Positions 1 through 8,352 of a DNA stretch of 55,944 bases are shown here, piece after piece; position 1 is the first letter of the stretch, and each line of letters starts with the position of its first letter. A program made the position numbers and the translations under genes. Source of the stretch: Clostridia bacterium (GTDB lineage Bacteria; Bacillota; Clostridia; Christensenellales; Aristaeellaceae); contig JAEDIV010000001.1 of NCBI GenBank assembly GCA_016296675.1, positions 1-55,944 of the forward strand, written 5' to 3'. The notes below the pieces were generated by a model, which saw only the letters and a program-made list of their open reading frames with translations, did not search any database and had not been told where the DNA came from.

Positions 1-169
1 TCGAATCGACTGTTTCGCTTCTTGTTCGTTCTCTGTATCGTTTTCAAGGATCGTTTGTCGCTCTCGTTTGAAAGCTTGATCATTATAGCAAACAATACTA
101 CGTTTGTCAATACTTTTTTCAACTTTTCGTCATTTATTTTTTAATACTACAAATTGCGGTTTATGCTGT

Positions 170-197
170 AGATAAACACAATATATTGTATTTATCT
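170..197. promoter_or_regulatory. 28-bp near-perfect palindrome, candidate operator
   Basis: AGATAAACACAATA|TATTGTATTTATCT; 13 of 14 arm positions pair (mismatch 177/190). Lies in the AT-rich region upstream of the DUF4004 gene. Function cannot be shown from sequence. Confidence 0.35.
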
Positions 198-252
198 GCT
201 GATTAATGCAAAAATTCTACAAAATTTTCTTTGTTAAGCATACGTATAATCC

Positions 253-281
253 TTGACAGCATAACAATGTTATGTTACGCT
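253..281 (+). promoter_or_regulatory. candidate sigma-A promoter with palindromic spacer
   Basis: TTGACA (253-258), 17-nt spacer, TACGCT (276-281). A perfect 15-bp palindrome CATAACAATGTTATG (260-274) fills the spacer, where MerR-type regulators usually bind. SD AAGAGGTG (291-298) and ATG 306 follow. Confidence 0.4.
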
Positions 282-305
282 ATGTTCGAAAAGAGGTGAA
301 AAACC

Positions 306-947
306 ATGAATGATATGATCAGCAAAAAGGATCTTTTAAAGGAAACTGGCATATCTTACGGGCAGCTTTACCGCTGGAAACGCGAAAAGCTGATTCCGGA
401 TGCATGGTTCGAAAAGCAAAGTTCGTTCACTGGGCAGGAAACTTTCTTCCCGAGAACCCTGATTCTTGAGCGTATACACTTTATTTTAACGCACAAGGAC
501 GAATATTCCCTGACGGAGCTTAGAAATCTCCTCTCCCCTGACGCGGACAGCCGATCCTATTCGCTGATGGATGTGGCAACGCTTCCCAATGCGCAAAGAA
601 GCGCGCAGCTCTATGCCGGCATGACCGGAAGCAACCGCCTAAATCACGGTCAGGCGCTGACGGTCGTCATCTGCGCAATGTATGATATGATCGCATCCCC
701 TGACGACAGCAGCATTCTGTCCTTAATGACCGCGCTTGAATCGTGGCGTGAGAAAAGCGACATCTATACAAATGCCGACGGGCGGCTGTACGTAATCAGG
801 CTGGGAGACATGCGCCTTCCCGCATTTACAACCGGCGGCGGCGAAATCATGCTGCCGGAGGGCGCAAGCGTTGAATATTCCATGACGATGAACGATATTT
901 CAAGAACCCCTACCAGAATGCTAAACAAGATTTACGAGGTGAAATAA
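306..947 (+). CDS. MerR-like HTH protein, DUF4004 family
   Basis: 213-aa ORF. The N-terminus [31 protein letters not shown]...[10 protein letters not shown] matches the HTH signature I recall for DUF4004 proteins. Good SD. Stop lies 1 nt before the next start. Confidence 0.8.
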   Translation: MNDMISKKDLLKETGISYGQLYRWKREKLIPDAWFEKQSSFTGQETFFPRTLILERIHFILTHKDEYSLTELRNLLSPDADSRSYSLMDVATLPNAQRSAQLYAGMTGSNRLNHGQALTVVICAMYDMIASPDDSSILSLMTALESWREKSDIYTNADGRLYVIRLGDMRLPAFTTGGGEIMLPEGASVEYSMTMNDISRTPTRMLNKIYEVK

Positions 948-948
948 T

Positions 949-1674
949 ATGGATAAGAAATTAAACGACATCTCCATTTCCGGCTCCGGCAAAATCGCCG
1001 GCGGTGAGTACGACAATATCCGGATCTCCGGCTCCGGCTCGATGACGGGCGACGTGATCGCAAACAGCGTGCACATTTCCGGAAGCGGCAGAAGCGAATC
1101 AATCGAAGCCAAGGAAATCAAGGCTTCCGGCTCGTTCCATGCAAGCGGACGCGTGACGGCAGGAGAAATTCACGTAAGCGGCTCTGCACACATCGGCGGC
1201 GCAATCGAAGCAGGCGAAATCAAAGTATCGGGCTCATTTCATGCCAATGATGTAATCTCATCAAAAACCCTGCGCGTTTCCGGCAGCATGCACGCAGAAG
1301 GCGGAATCGAAGCAGACAACGTACATATTTCGGGCGCGGCGCATGTCAAAGGACTTCTGAACGCAGAAAACATCGAAATCACGTTAAACGGCGCAAGCAA
1401 TATAAATGAAATCGGATGCGAACGCATCTCTGTCAGAAAATCCGGAGCAGCGGGCTTCAATTTCTTTGGCATTTTCAAATTCAATGCCGGATCGCGCAGC
1501 CTCAGCGCAAATTCCATTGAGGCCACCGAAGCCTGTCTTGAAAATACGCATTGCGCAGTTGTCCGCGCAAAGCGCGCCTACATCGGCGAAGGGTGTGAAA
1601 TCGGACGCGTAGAATATGAAGAAACCATCGAAATTCACGAAGGCGCCGCCGTCAAAGAACAGATAAAAATATAA
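949..1674 (+). CDS. polymer-forming cytoskeletal (bactofilin-like) beta-helix repeat protein
   Basis: 241-aa ORF with about nine 16-17-aa repeats centred on [IV]SGS (ISGSG, ISGSG, ISGSG, ASGS, VSGS, VSGS, VSGS, ISGA, LNGA). This is typical of the bactofilin/DUF583 fold. Translationally coupled to the upstream gene. Confidence 0.75.
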   Translation: MDKKLNDISISGSGKIAGGEYDNIRISGSGSMTGDVIANSVHISGSGRSESIEAKEIKASGSFHASGRVTAGEIHVSGSAHIGGAIEAGEIKVSGSFHANDVISSKTLRVSGSMHAEGGIEADNVHISGAAHVKGLLNAENIEITLNGASNINEIGCERISVRKSGAAGFNFFGIFKFNAGSRSLSANSIEATEACLENTHCAVVRAKRAYIGEGCEIGRVEYEETIEIHEGAAVKEQIKI

Positions 1675-1748
1675 AATCTTCAAAACCCCTTTCCTATTCG
1701 ATTGAACCGTTATATAATAGAAAAAAGCGGCCAAAAGGGGATGACGGC

Positions 1749-3257
1749 ATGAATGTCGGTTTGCTTTCAGCGCGCGCAGAAGACGCTGTTCGCCTGACAG
1801 AAATGCAGGCACGCGCCTTTATGCCCAGCGTTCACAAGCGCGGCGGCTACGAAACCAGCCCCGCCGCTGAAACTCCCGACAGAATGCTGGAGAGAATCAC
1901 AGGCGCGAAATCGCACTGCTTCATCATCACCTTGGACGGCATCTATGCAGGCATGATCCGCATAAAGGAAATCGGCGAAGATGAATTCAAGATCAGCCCC
2001 ATCTTCGTTCTCCCCGAATTCCAGAATCAGGGCATCGGCCAGGAAGCCATGCGCCTTGCCATGGAACGATTTCCGGGTGCGCGCCGCTGGACGTTGTTTT
2101 GCGTCCGGGAAGATGAAAAAAACATCTATTTCTACGAAAAGCTGGGTTTTTCCAAAACCAGCGCAATACGGAAGCTCGCCGAGAACATCACATTGATCGG
2201 ATATGAAAGAAGGATACCCTACATGATTCGTTTTGAATGCGACTATCTGGAGGGCGCCCATCCGAAGATTATGGAAGCGCTCATGAAAACAAATTTTGAG
2301 CAGCACTGCGGCTACAGCGAGGACGAAATCTCGGATGAAGCCAGAAACCTTATCAAAAAGGCCATCGGAAACGAAAATGCGGACGTGCATTTCTTAGTCG
2401 GCGGCACGCAGGCCAACCTGACCGTGATCGCCTCCGCCCTTCGCGCGCATCAGGGAGCGCTGTGCGCAGACACCGGCCACATCGCAGTGCACGAAACCGG
2501 CGCGGTCGAAGCGACAGGCCACAAGGCCATCACGCTTCCAAGCGAAAACGGCAAAATCAACGCCGGACAGATTGCCGAATATGTGGACGCACATTTTGCA
2601 GACGCATCCTTTGAGCACATGGTGCAGCCCGGCATGGTATACATTTCCCATCCCACGGAATTCGGAACGCTTTATACGCTTAAGGAGCTTACCGAAATTT
2701 CCGAAACATGCAGGGAAAAAGGCCTTTATCTCTTTGTCGACGGCGCACGCCTCGGCTACGGCCTCATGACGCCGGGTACGGACGTTACCCTTCCGGATCT
2801 TGCCCGCTTAACCGATGTATTCTACATCGGCGGCACCAAGGTCGGCGCGCTGTTCGGAGAAGCCGTCGTAATCATGCATCCTGCCCTGAAGCGCGATTTC
2901 CGCTATCTCATCAAGCAAAAGGGCGGCATGCTGGCAAAAGGCCGCCTGCTCGGCGTTCAGTTCAAGGCGCTTTTCACAGACAACCTCTATTTTGAAATCA
3001 GCGCCCACGCCATAAAGCTTTCCGAAAAGATCAGAAATACGCTCATTGAAAAAAACATTCCGTTCCTCGTTCCCTCCCCCACCAATCAGCTCTTCCCCAT
3101 CCTTGAAAACAAAGCCCTTGCAAAGCTCAAGGAAAAATACACCTTCTCCACCTGGGCGAAAGTAGACGATACGCACACCGCCATTCGCATCTGCACCAGC
3201 TGGGCAACGAAGGAAGAAAATGTTGAAAAGCTGATTGAAGATCTGAAGGCAATATAA
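1749..3257 (+). CDS. in-frame fusion of a GNAT N-acetyltransferase domain with a threonine aldolase / beta-eliminating lyase (PLP) domain
   Basis: 502-aa ORF. Residues 1-158 carry the GNAT motif (PEFQNQGIGQEAMRLAM...YFYEKLGF). From M159 (nt 2223), MIRFECDYLEGAHPKIMEAL...GGTQANL...FVDGARL...GGTK resembles low-specificity threonine aldolases. Confidence 0.85.
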   Translation: MNVGLLSARAEDAVRLTEMQARAFMPSVHKRGGYETSPAAETPDRMLERITGAKSHCFIITLDGIYAGMIRIKEIGEDEFKISPIFVLPEFQNQGIGQEAMRLAMERFPGARRWTLFCVREDEKNIYFYEKLGFSKTSAIRKLAENITLIGYERRIPYMIRFECDYLEGAHPKIMEALMKTNFEQHCGYSEDEISDEARNLIKKAIGNENADVHFLVGGTQANLTVIASALRAHQGALCADTGHIAVHETGAVEATGHKAITLPSENGKINAGQIAEYVDAHFADASFEHMVQPGMVYISHPTEFGTLYTLKELTEISETCREKGLYLFVDGARLGYGLMTPGTDVTLPDLARLTDVFYIGGTKVGALFGEAVVIMHPALKRDFRYLIKQKGGMLAKGRLLGVQFKALFTDNLYFEISAHAIKLSEKIRNTLIEKNIPFLVPSPTNQLFPILENKALAKLKEKYTFSTWAKVDDTHTAIRICTSWATKEENVEKLIEDLKAI

Positions 3258-3264
3258 AAGAAAA

Positions 3265-3301
3265 AACACACGGCACAGGTTTACATACGATGCCGTGTGT
3301 T
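3265..3301. terminator. bidirectional intrinsic terminator between convergent genes
   Basis: AACACACGGCA (3265-3275) pairs with TGCCGTGTGTT (3291-3301). An A-run lies on the left and TTTTTGTTTTT on the right. Confidence 0.7.
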
Positions 3302-3309
3302 TTTTGTTT

Positions 3310-4206
3310 TTATCCCTCCGGCAGCGTCTGAATAAAACGCTTAAGCGCAGGGTTTTCATCATTTTTTCGCCACGCGATCAGGATTTCTTCCGTTTCACCT
3401 TCGCCGGATAAGGGGACGAACACCACATTTTCAGTGCCGACGTCCCAGGGATGGGTGTATTCGGGAACAATTGAAATGCCTTCCTCAGCAGCGACCATCA
3501 TCAGAATGCTTTCCATGTCGTTTGACCTTAAAAGAATGTTCGGATGATACCCAGCCTCCTGATAAAGGCGGATATAATAGGCGTCGCCGAAGGAATCGCC
3601 GGTGCCTGAAGGAGACATAAAGAGGATGCTCTCCTGCTTTAGATCCTTTCTCGTGAGTTCCTTTTTTCTGGCCAGCGGATGATTGGCATACAATGCCACG
3701 CGCAGCGGAACATGTTCGACCACTTTCAGCTGGATTTTGTCTTCCTTTCGAAGGTTTGTGCTGTCCCAGGTGAAAATGACGTCGTACTCGCCCGCAAGAA
3801 GACCCGTCGCCAGTTGGTCCGTGTCCAGGCGATAGCAGGAAATGAGCACATTCGGATATTCCTGATGGAAGGATCTTAAATATTTCGGAAGGTCGCTGTG
3901 TTCATAGCCCTTGGTGTAGCCCAGGCGCATTTCGCCCTCAAGACCTGTGGACGCGTCGCGCGTTTTCTGAAGCGCGCCCTCCACGCGCCCGAGGATCTCC
4001 CGGGCTTCCTTTAAAAACACCTTGCCTGCAGGCGTGAGCGATACGGGTCTGCTGTTCCGGTCGAAGAGCTTTGCGCCGATGCTTTCTTCAAGCGCGTGGA
4101 TCTGCTGGGTGATTGCAGTCTGGGAAATATAGTGATTGATCGCGGCTTTTGTGAAGCTCTGGCTTTCCGCCACCGATACGAAATAGCGCAGCTGGTTAAG
4201 ATTCAT
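3310..4206 (-). CDS. LysR family transcriptional regulator
   Basis: 298-aa ORF. N-terminal HTH MNLNQLRYFVSVAESQSFTKAAINHYISQTAITQQIHALEE, followed by a LysR substrate-binding domain. Confidence 0.9.
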   Translation of the reverse strand: MNLNQLRYFVSVAESQSFTKAAINHYISQTAITQQIHALEESIGAKLFDRNSRPVSLTPAGKVFLKEAREILGRVEGALQKTRDASTGLEGEMRLGYTKGYEHSDLPKYLRSFHQEYPNVLISCYRLDTDQLATGLLAGEYDVIFTWDSTNLRKEDKIQLKVVEHVPLRVALYANHPLARKKELTRKDLKQESILFMSPSGTGDSFGDAYYIRLYQEAGYHPNILLRSNDMESILMMVAAEEGISIVPEYTHPWDVGTENVVFVPLSGEGETEEILIAWRKNDENPALKRFIQTLPEG

Positions 4207-4227
4207 TTCTTCGCCCTCTTAATTCTC

Positions 4228-4242
4228 ATAAGTTTTTCTTAT
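4228..4242. promoter_or_regulatory. T-N11-A dyad, candidate LysR box
   Basis: ATAAG-TTTTT-CTTAT dyad about 20 bp upstream of the LysR start, in the divergent promoter region. Motif-level only. Confidence 0.25.
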
Positions 4243-4263
4243 TATACTATGGAAATTATGAAT

Positions 4264-4292
4264 TTGCAACCCCTGAAATGTTGATGTATAAT
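4264..4292 (+). promoter_or_regulatory. sigma-A promoter for the T-box leader / ABC operon
   Basis: TTGCAA (4264-4269), exact 17-nt spacer, TATAAT (4287-4292). Confidence 0.6.
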
Positions 4293-4337
4293 AAGCGCGT
4301 CTTGAGGAAGACAAAAAATAAACATCTTTCAAATGCG

Positions 4338-4584
4338 TTTGAGCGGAAAGAGTAGCCCGGAAAGAAGCTTAAGAGAAGTGCCGGTTGGTGCAAGGCATCG
4401 GCTTACGTCCTGCGTGAAGTTCCCTCCGCAAGCGGTGCGCTGAAACAAATTCAGTAGGCGCAACGGGTGCGACCGTTACATCGCTAAGACTTTTAAGCCT
4501 ACAAAGGTTCCGACTGCGAAGTCGGTATGAAAGCAGAGTGGTATCGCGGTATTTTCGTCCCTGCAAGCAGCAGGGACTTTTTTT
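4338..4584 (+). promoter_or_regulatory. T-box leader (tRNA-sensing transcription attenuator)
   Basis: Stem I base GCGGA (4343-4347) pairs with UCCGC (4425-4429). Also present: AAGAGUAG (4348-4355), AG bulge AGAGA (4372-4376), distal loop GGUUGGUGCAA (4383-4393), F-box-like CCGUUA (4473-4478) and Stem III CCGACU-GCGA-AGUCGG (4510-4525). T-box sequence AGAGUGGUAUCGCGG lies at 4535-4549. Terminator: GTCCCTGC (4557-4564) pairs with GCAGGGAC (4570-4577), followed by T7. Confidence 0.85.
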
Positions 4585-4643
4585 AAGGCGTTTATTCCCG
4601 CTCTCCGGGATTAAATTGATATCTATTAAGGAGGCTTCCCCAA

Positions 4644-5567
4644 ATGAAAAAAATCGTATCCCTTATCCTAGCCGTTATGCTTCTGGCCCTGTCCCTCTCC
4701 CTCACCGGCTGCGGAAAAGACGACGTTTACAACGTCGGCATCTGCCAGCTCATGGTGCATGAATCCCTCGACAAAGCAACCCAGGGCTTTATCGACGCGC
4801 TGAGCGCAAAAATGAAAGACGCCGGCAAGGAAGTAAAATTCGACATGCAGGTCGCGGGCGAAGCCAACCTTTGCACAACCGTCATTAACGCCTTCACCGC
4901 AAAGAAGGTCGACCTCATTATGGCAAACGCGACACCCGCGCTTCTGGCTGCTGCCAACGCAACCACCAAAATCCCCGTGCTCGGCACCTCTGTAACCGAC
5001 TACGCCGACACCTTCGCCGGCAAAATCCCCGCAAATGTAACCGGCACCTCTGACGCTGTTCCCTTCAAGGAACAGGCACAGATGATGATCGACACCCTCG
5101 GTCTTGCAGCCGGCGATCAGGTTGGCGTTCTTTACTGCACCAACGAATCCAACTCCCTCATCCAGTACGAAGCCGTAAAGGCGCTGTTTGAAGAAAAGGG
5201 CATCGTCGTAAAGGCCTACACCTTCTCCGAAACCACCGAGCTTCAGGCCGTAACCACCGCCATGGCTTCCGAGTGCAAAGCGGTTTACGTTCCCTCCGAC
5301 AACACTGTTGCCGCCAACGACGCAATCGTCGGAACCATCTGCCAGGAGAAAAACGTGCCCATCTACACCAGCTACGGCGGAAACGTATGCTATGCCGCGC
5401 TCGCTATCGATTACTATCAGCTGGGCTTTGAAACCGGCAACATGGCTGCCGAAATTCTCTTAAACGGCAAAAAGCCCGTCGACATGGCCGTCAAGACCCT
5501 GACCCCCACTGTCGCCTACAATAACGAACTGTGCGCCAAGCTCGGTATCGCCGTTCCCCAGAACTAA
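4644..5567 (+). CDS. ABC transporter substrate-binding lipoprotein (COG2984-type; putative aromatic/other amino-acid uptake family)
   Basis: 307-aa ORF with signal peptide and lipobox LSLTGC, and SD AAGGAGG. The fold family is recalled as the one KEGG labels 'putative tryptophan/tyrosine transport system'. Confidence 0.8.
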   Translation: MKKIVSLILAVMLLALSLSLTGCGKDDVYNVGICQLMVHESLDKATQGFIDALSAKMKDAGKEVKFDMQVAGEANLCTTVINAFTAKKVDLIMANATPALLAAANATTKIPVLGTSVTDYADTFAGKIPANVTGTSDAVPFKEQAQMMIDTLGLAAGDQVGVLYCTNESNSLIQYEAVKALFEEKGIVVKAYTFSETTELQAVTTAMASECKAVYVPSDNTVAANDAIVGTICQEKNVPIYTSYGGNVCYAALAIDYYQLGFETGNMAAEILLNGKKPVDMAVKTLTPTVAYNNELCAKLGIAVPQN

Positions 5568-5587
5568 AATTGTCCCATTCAATTTAG

Positions 5588-5662
5588 CAGCAGGAGCAAG
5601 CCCCCGCCCTACAATGAAAAAAATAACGCATACCGTAGGGAGAGGGGGCTTCCCGCCGCACT
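5588..5662. repeat. degenerate pair of GTAGGG-type REP-like hairpin units
   Basis: GGAGCAAGCCCCCGCCCTACA and CCGTAGGGAGAGGGGGCTTCCCGCC are diverged relatives of the 9734-9761 unit (GTAGGGCGGGGGCTTGCTCCCGCCCTAC). Confidence 0.5.
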
Positions 5663-5706
5663 ATTCTAAGCAAACCATCACGATCAGAAACACGAGGTAA
5701 CTGTTC

Positions 5707-6627
5707 ATGGCTTTTTTGTACGCTCTGCCCGGCGCGATTGCCGAGGGTCTCATCTGGGGCCTGATGGGAATCGGCGTGTATATTTCCTATAAAATTCTCG
5801 ATATCGCCGATCTTACCGTGGACGGCTCCATCACAACCGGCGCATGTGTATGCGCTGTGATGCTGGCAAACGGATCGCCAATCTGGCTGAGCATACTTGT
5901 TGCAATTCTGGCAGGCGCATTGGCCGGCGTGGTTACAGGACTATTGCATACCGCCTGCGGCATCCCTTCCATTCTTTCGGGCATTCTCACACAGCTGATT
6001 CTCTATTCCGTAAACCTTCGCATTTTAAGCGGCCGCTCGCTTGCGACCATCGACCCCAGGGCCAATTCCCTCTGGGTTCACATGAGCAACAATTATATGT
6101 CCATTCTTTCCATGCTCATCATTGTAACGGTTGTAATCATCTGCCTTTGGCAGTTTTTCTACACTGAAGTAGGCCTGACCTTAAAATCCACCGGCGATAA
6201 CCCGGATATGTCAAGAGCCCAGGGCGTGAATGTCAAGCTCAACAAAGTGATCGGCCTCGCCATCGCCAACGGCATTGTCGCTCTGGCCGGCGCGATGCTT
6301 GCCCAGTACAAGGGCTCGGCCAACATAAACGACGGGCGCGGCGCTATCGTCATCGGTCTTGCCGCCATCTTTATCGGCCTGTCCGTCTCCATGAAGATCA
6401 AGCCCAACTTCGTCGTGAGCCTGATCGGCGTTCTGGGCGGCGGCATCATCTACTATATCGTCTATAACTTCGTCATTCTCTTAGGTCTTAAGACCGATTA
6501 TCTTAAGATGCTCTCCGCCATCATCGTAGCCATCTTCCTCGCTGTTCCGTATATCAAAGCGGAATATTTGTCCAGGCTCAAAGAGCCGGAAACGAGCGAT
6601 CAAGCGGGAGGTGACGAAAATGCTTAA
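5707..6627 (+). CDS. ABC transporter permease (partner of the 4644 binding protein)
   Basis: 306-aa polytopic membrane ORF, hydrophobic throughout. Operon position between the binding protein and the ATPase. Confidence 0.85.
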   Translation: MAFLYALPGAIAEGLIWGLMGIGVYISYKILDIADLTVDGSITTGACVCAVMLANGSPIWLSILVAILAGALAGVVTGLLHTACGIPSILSGILTQLILYSVNLRILSGRSLATIDPRANSLWVHMSNNYMSILSMLIIVTVVIICLWQFFYTEVGLTLKSTGDNPDMSRAQGVNVKLNKVIGLAIANGIVALAGAMLAQYKGSANINDGRGAIVIGLAAIFIGLSVSMKIKPNFVVSLIGVLGGGIIYYIVYNFVILLGLKTDYLKMLSAIIVAIFLAVPYIKAEYLSRLKEPETSDQAGGDENA

Positions 6628-7414
6628 GATCACCGGGCTTAAAAAGACGTTCAACAAGGGCACGGTAAACGCAAAAACAGCGCTGAACGGCCTGAATCTT
6701 GAACTAAACGACGGCGATTTTGTCACCGTCATCGGCGGAAACGGCGCGGGCAAATCCACTCTTTTAAACGCCATCGCAGGCGTGTGGCGGCCCGACGCAG
6801 GCAAAATCGAAATCGACGGCGTGGACGTCACCCGCATGCCGGAGCACAAACGGGCAAAATTCCTGGGACGCGTGTTTCAGGATCCCATGAAGGGCACCGC
6901 GCCCGATATGGAAATTGCCGAAAACCTCGCCATTGCCTCACGGCGCGGCATAAAACGCAAATTCGTAAAGGGTGTGAAAAAGGCGGACAGAGAAGAATAC
7001 AAAGCCCTCCTCGCCTCCCTCGAACTCGGCCTTGAAAACCGCCTGTCCACCAAGGTTGGTCTCCTGTCCGGCGGACAAAGACAGGCCGTCACTCTCTTAA
7101 TGGCCACCATGAACAAGCCCAAGCTCCTGCTCCTGGACGAGCACACCGCAGCTCTCGACCCCAAAACCGCTGCGAAAGTGCTCGATCTCACTGATCAGAT
7201 CGTAAACAAAAACAAACTCACCACCGTCATGATCACCCATAATATGAAAGACGCCATCCAGCACGGAAACCGGCTCATCATGATGCATGAAGGCAAAATC
7301 ATCATAGACGTTTCCGGCGAAGAAAAGAAACAGCTGACCGTAGAAATGCTTTTAAGCCTCTTCACCCGCGCAAGCGGCAGCGGGATCGTAAACGACAGGA
7401 TGGTGCTTGGATAA
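6620..7414 (+). CDS. ABC transporter ATP-binding protein
   Basis: Walker A GGNGAGKST, signature LSGGQRQ, Walker B LLLLDEHTAALD. I prefer ATG 6620 (SD GGGAGG 6606-6611) over the GTG at 6611. Overlaps the permease stop by 8 nt. Confidence 0.9.
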   Translation: MLKITGLKKTFNKGTVNAKTALNGLNLELNDGDFVTVIGGNGAGKSTLLNAIAGVWRPDAGKIEIDGVDVTRMPEHKRAKFLGRVFQDPMKGTAPDMEIAENLAIASRRGIKRKFVKGVKKADREEYKALLASLELGLENRLSTKVGLLSGGQRQAVTLLMATMNKPKLLLLDEHTAALDPKTAAKVLDLTDQIVNKNKLTTVMITHNMKDAIQHGNRLIMMHEGKIIIDVSGEEKKQLTVEMLLSLFTRASGSGIVNDRMVLG

Positions 7415-7418
7415 GGGC

Positions 7419-7452
7419 AACCCCCGGGAAACAATGCGTTTCCCGGGGGGTA
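7419..7452. repeat. 34-bp hairpin repeat, copy 1
   Basis: AACCCCCGGGAAACAATGCGTTTCCCGGGGGGTA, a 12-bp GC-rich stem with a 5-nt loop. Identical to 7667-7700. Confidence 0.9.
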
Positions 7453-7481
7453 CAGACCATCAACAAACCTCCGGGAGAGGT

Positions 7482-7523
7482 ATGGAGAGGAAGCGCACTT
7501 CCTCTCCATTTTCAATCGATTTT
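7482..7523 (+). terminator. intrinsic terminator candidate for the ABC operon
   Basis: ATGGAGAGGAAG (7482-7493) pairs with CTTCCTCTCCAT (7498-7509), loop CGCA, followed by TTTCAATCGATTTT (interrupted U tract). Confidence 0.55.
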
Positions 7524-7587
7524 GGCGGCATGTACGCCTAAATCGCGCGTTTTCACAAAGCGTAGCGACTGAAAACGCTTCCCCTTT

Positions 7588-7662
7588 CCGATCCCCGCCC
7601 GGAAATCCCGCAGGATTTCAGGGGATCGGCCCTTCCCATCAAAAAAGGTACTTTTTTGATGG
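7588..7662. other. two further stable stem-loops inside the repeat-bracketed module
   Basis: CCGATCCCC...GAAATCC-CGCA-GGATTTC...GGGGATCGG (7588-7629) and CCATCAAAAAAG-GTA-CTTTTTTGATGG (7636-7662). Confidence 0.5.
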
Positions 7663-7666
7663 CTTG

Positions 7667-7700
7667 AACCCCCGGGAAACAATGCGTTTCCCGGGGGGTA
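7667..7700. repeat. 34-bp hairpin repeat, copy 2 (direct orientation)
   Basis: Perfect copy of 7419-7452. Confidence 0.9.
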
Positions 7701-7845
7701 TTTCATATCAGGGAATACGGCTGCCGAAATTTTATCCATTCCTTTCGTCCCATTCCATTTTCCCTAAATTTCATATATAATGTTTCCAGAATATGCAACA
7801 AACCGCGCTCACAAATTGTGTTATAGGTGAAAGGAGGTGGCGGAC

Positions 7846-8349
7846 ATGATTGACAGGTCGCTGCGTACGGGCGATCCGATCCATGATACCATTCAAAAGT
7901 ATTCCGACATGGTATACCGCCTTGCATTCGCCAGAACGCAAAACCGATTCGACGCGGAAGATATTTATCAGGATGTATTCATGAAGCTGTTTTCAGAGGA
8001 AAGATCCTTTGAAAGCGAAGAACACAAAAAAGCGTGGCTTATCAAAACCACGATAAATATGTCCGTTAACCTTATAAAAAGCGCCTGGCGCAGATATACG
8101 GTGTGCGAAAACGAAGATCTTTCCGCAAAAAGAGGCGCAGATACAAATCCTCATAGAGAGAAACTTTTAAATGCGCTTAAATCGCTTTCTGAAAAATACA
8201 GGGTGGTATTATACCTCTACTATTACGAAGAATTGTCTACAGATAAAATCGCCGAAGTCACGGGCGCAAGCCCGACTGCCGTGAGATCACAGCTCATGCG
8301 CGGACGACAGAAACTTAGACGCATGATTGAAGACAAGGAGGTGGACTAA
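7846..8349 (+). CDS. RNA polymerase sigma-70 factor, ECF subfamily
   Basis: Region 2 (YRLAFARTQNRFDAEDIYQDVFMKLF) and region 4 HTH (ELSTDKIAEVTGASPTAVRSQLMRGRQKL). ATG 7846 lies 8 nt after SD AAAGGAGG and is preferred over the GTG at 7837. Confidence 0.9.
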   Translation: MIDRSLRTGDPIHDTIQKYSDMVYRLAFARTQNRFDAEDIYQDVFMKLFSEERSFESEEHKKAWLIKTTINMSVNLIKSAWRRYTVCENEDLSAKRGADTNPHREKLLNALKSLSEKYRVVLYLYYYEELSTDKIAEVTGASPTAVRSQLMRGRQKLRRMIEDKEVD

Positions 8350-8352
8350 ATC

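Noticed and set aside
1-83. Possible 5' end of a divergent minus-strand gene (MIKLSNESDKRSLKTIQRTNKKRNSRF...)
   Set aside because: Only 27 codons lie inside the window, there is no SD and no recognisable motif, so it cannot be supported.
7512-7739. 75-aa minus-strand ORF (and 7195-7515) across the hairpin module
   Set aside because: The repeated PPGNALFPGG peptide is simply the translation of the 34-bp DNA repeat. The region is better explained as structured non-coding DNA.
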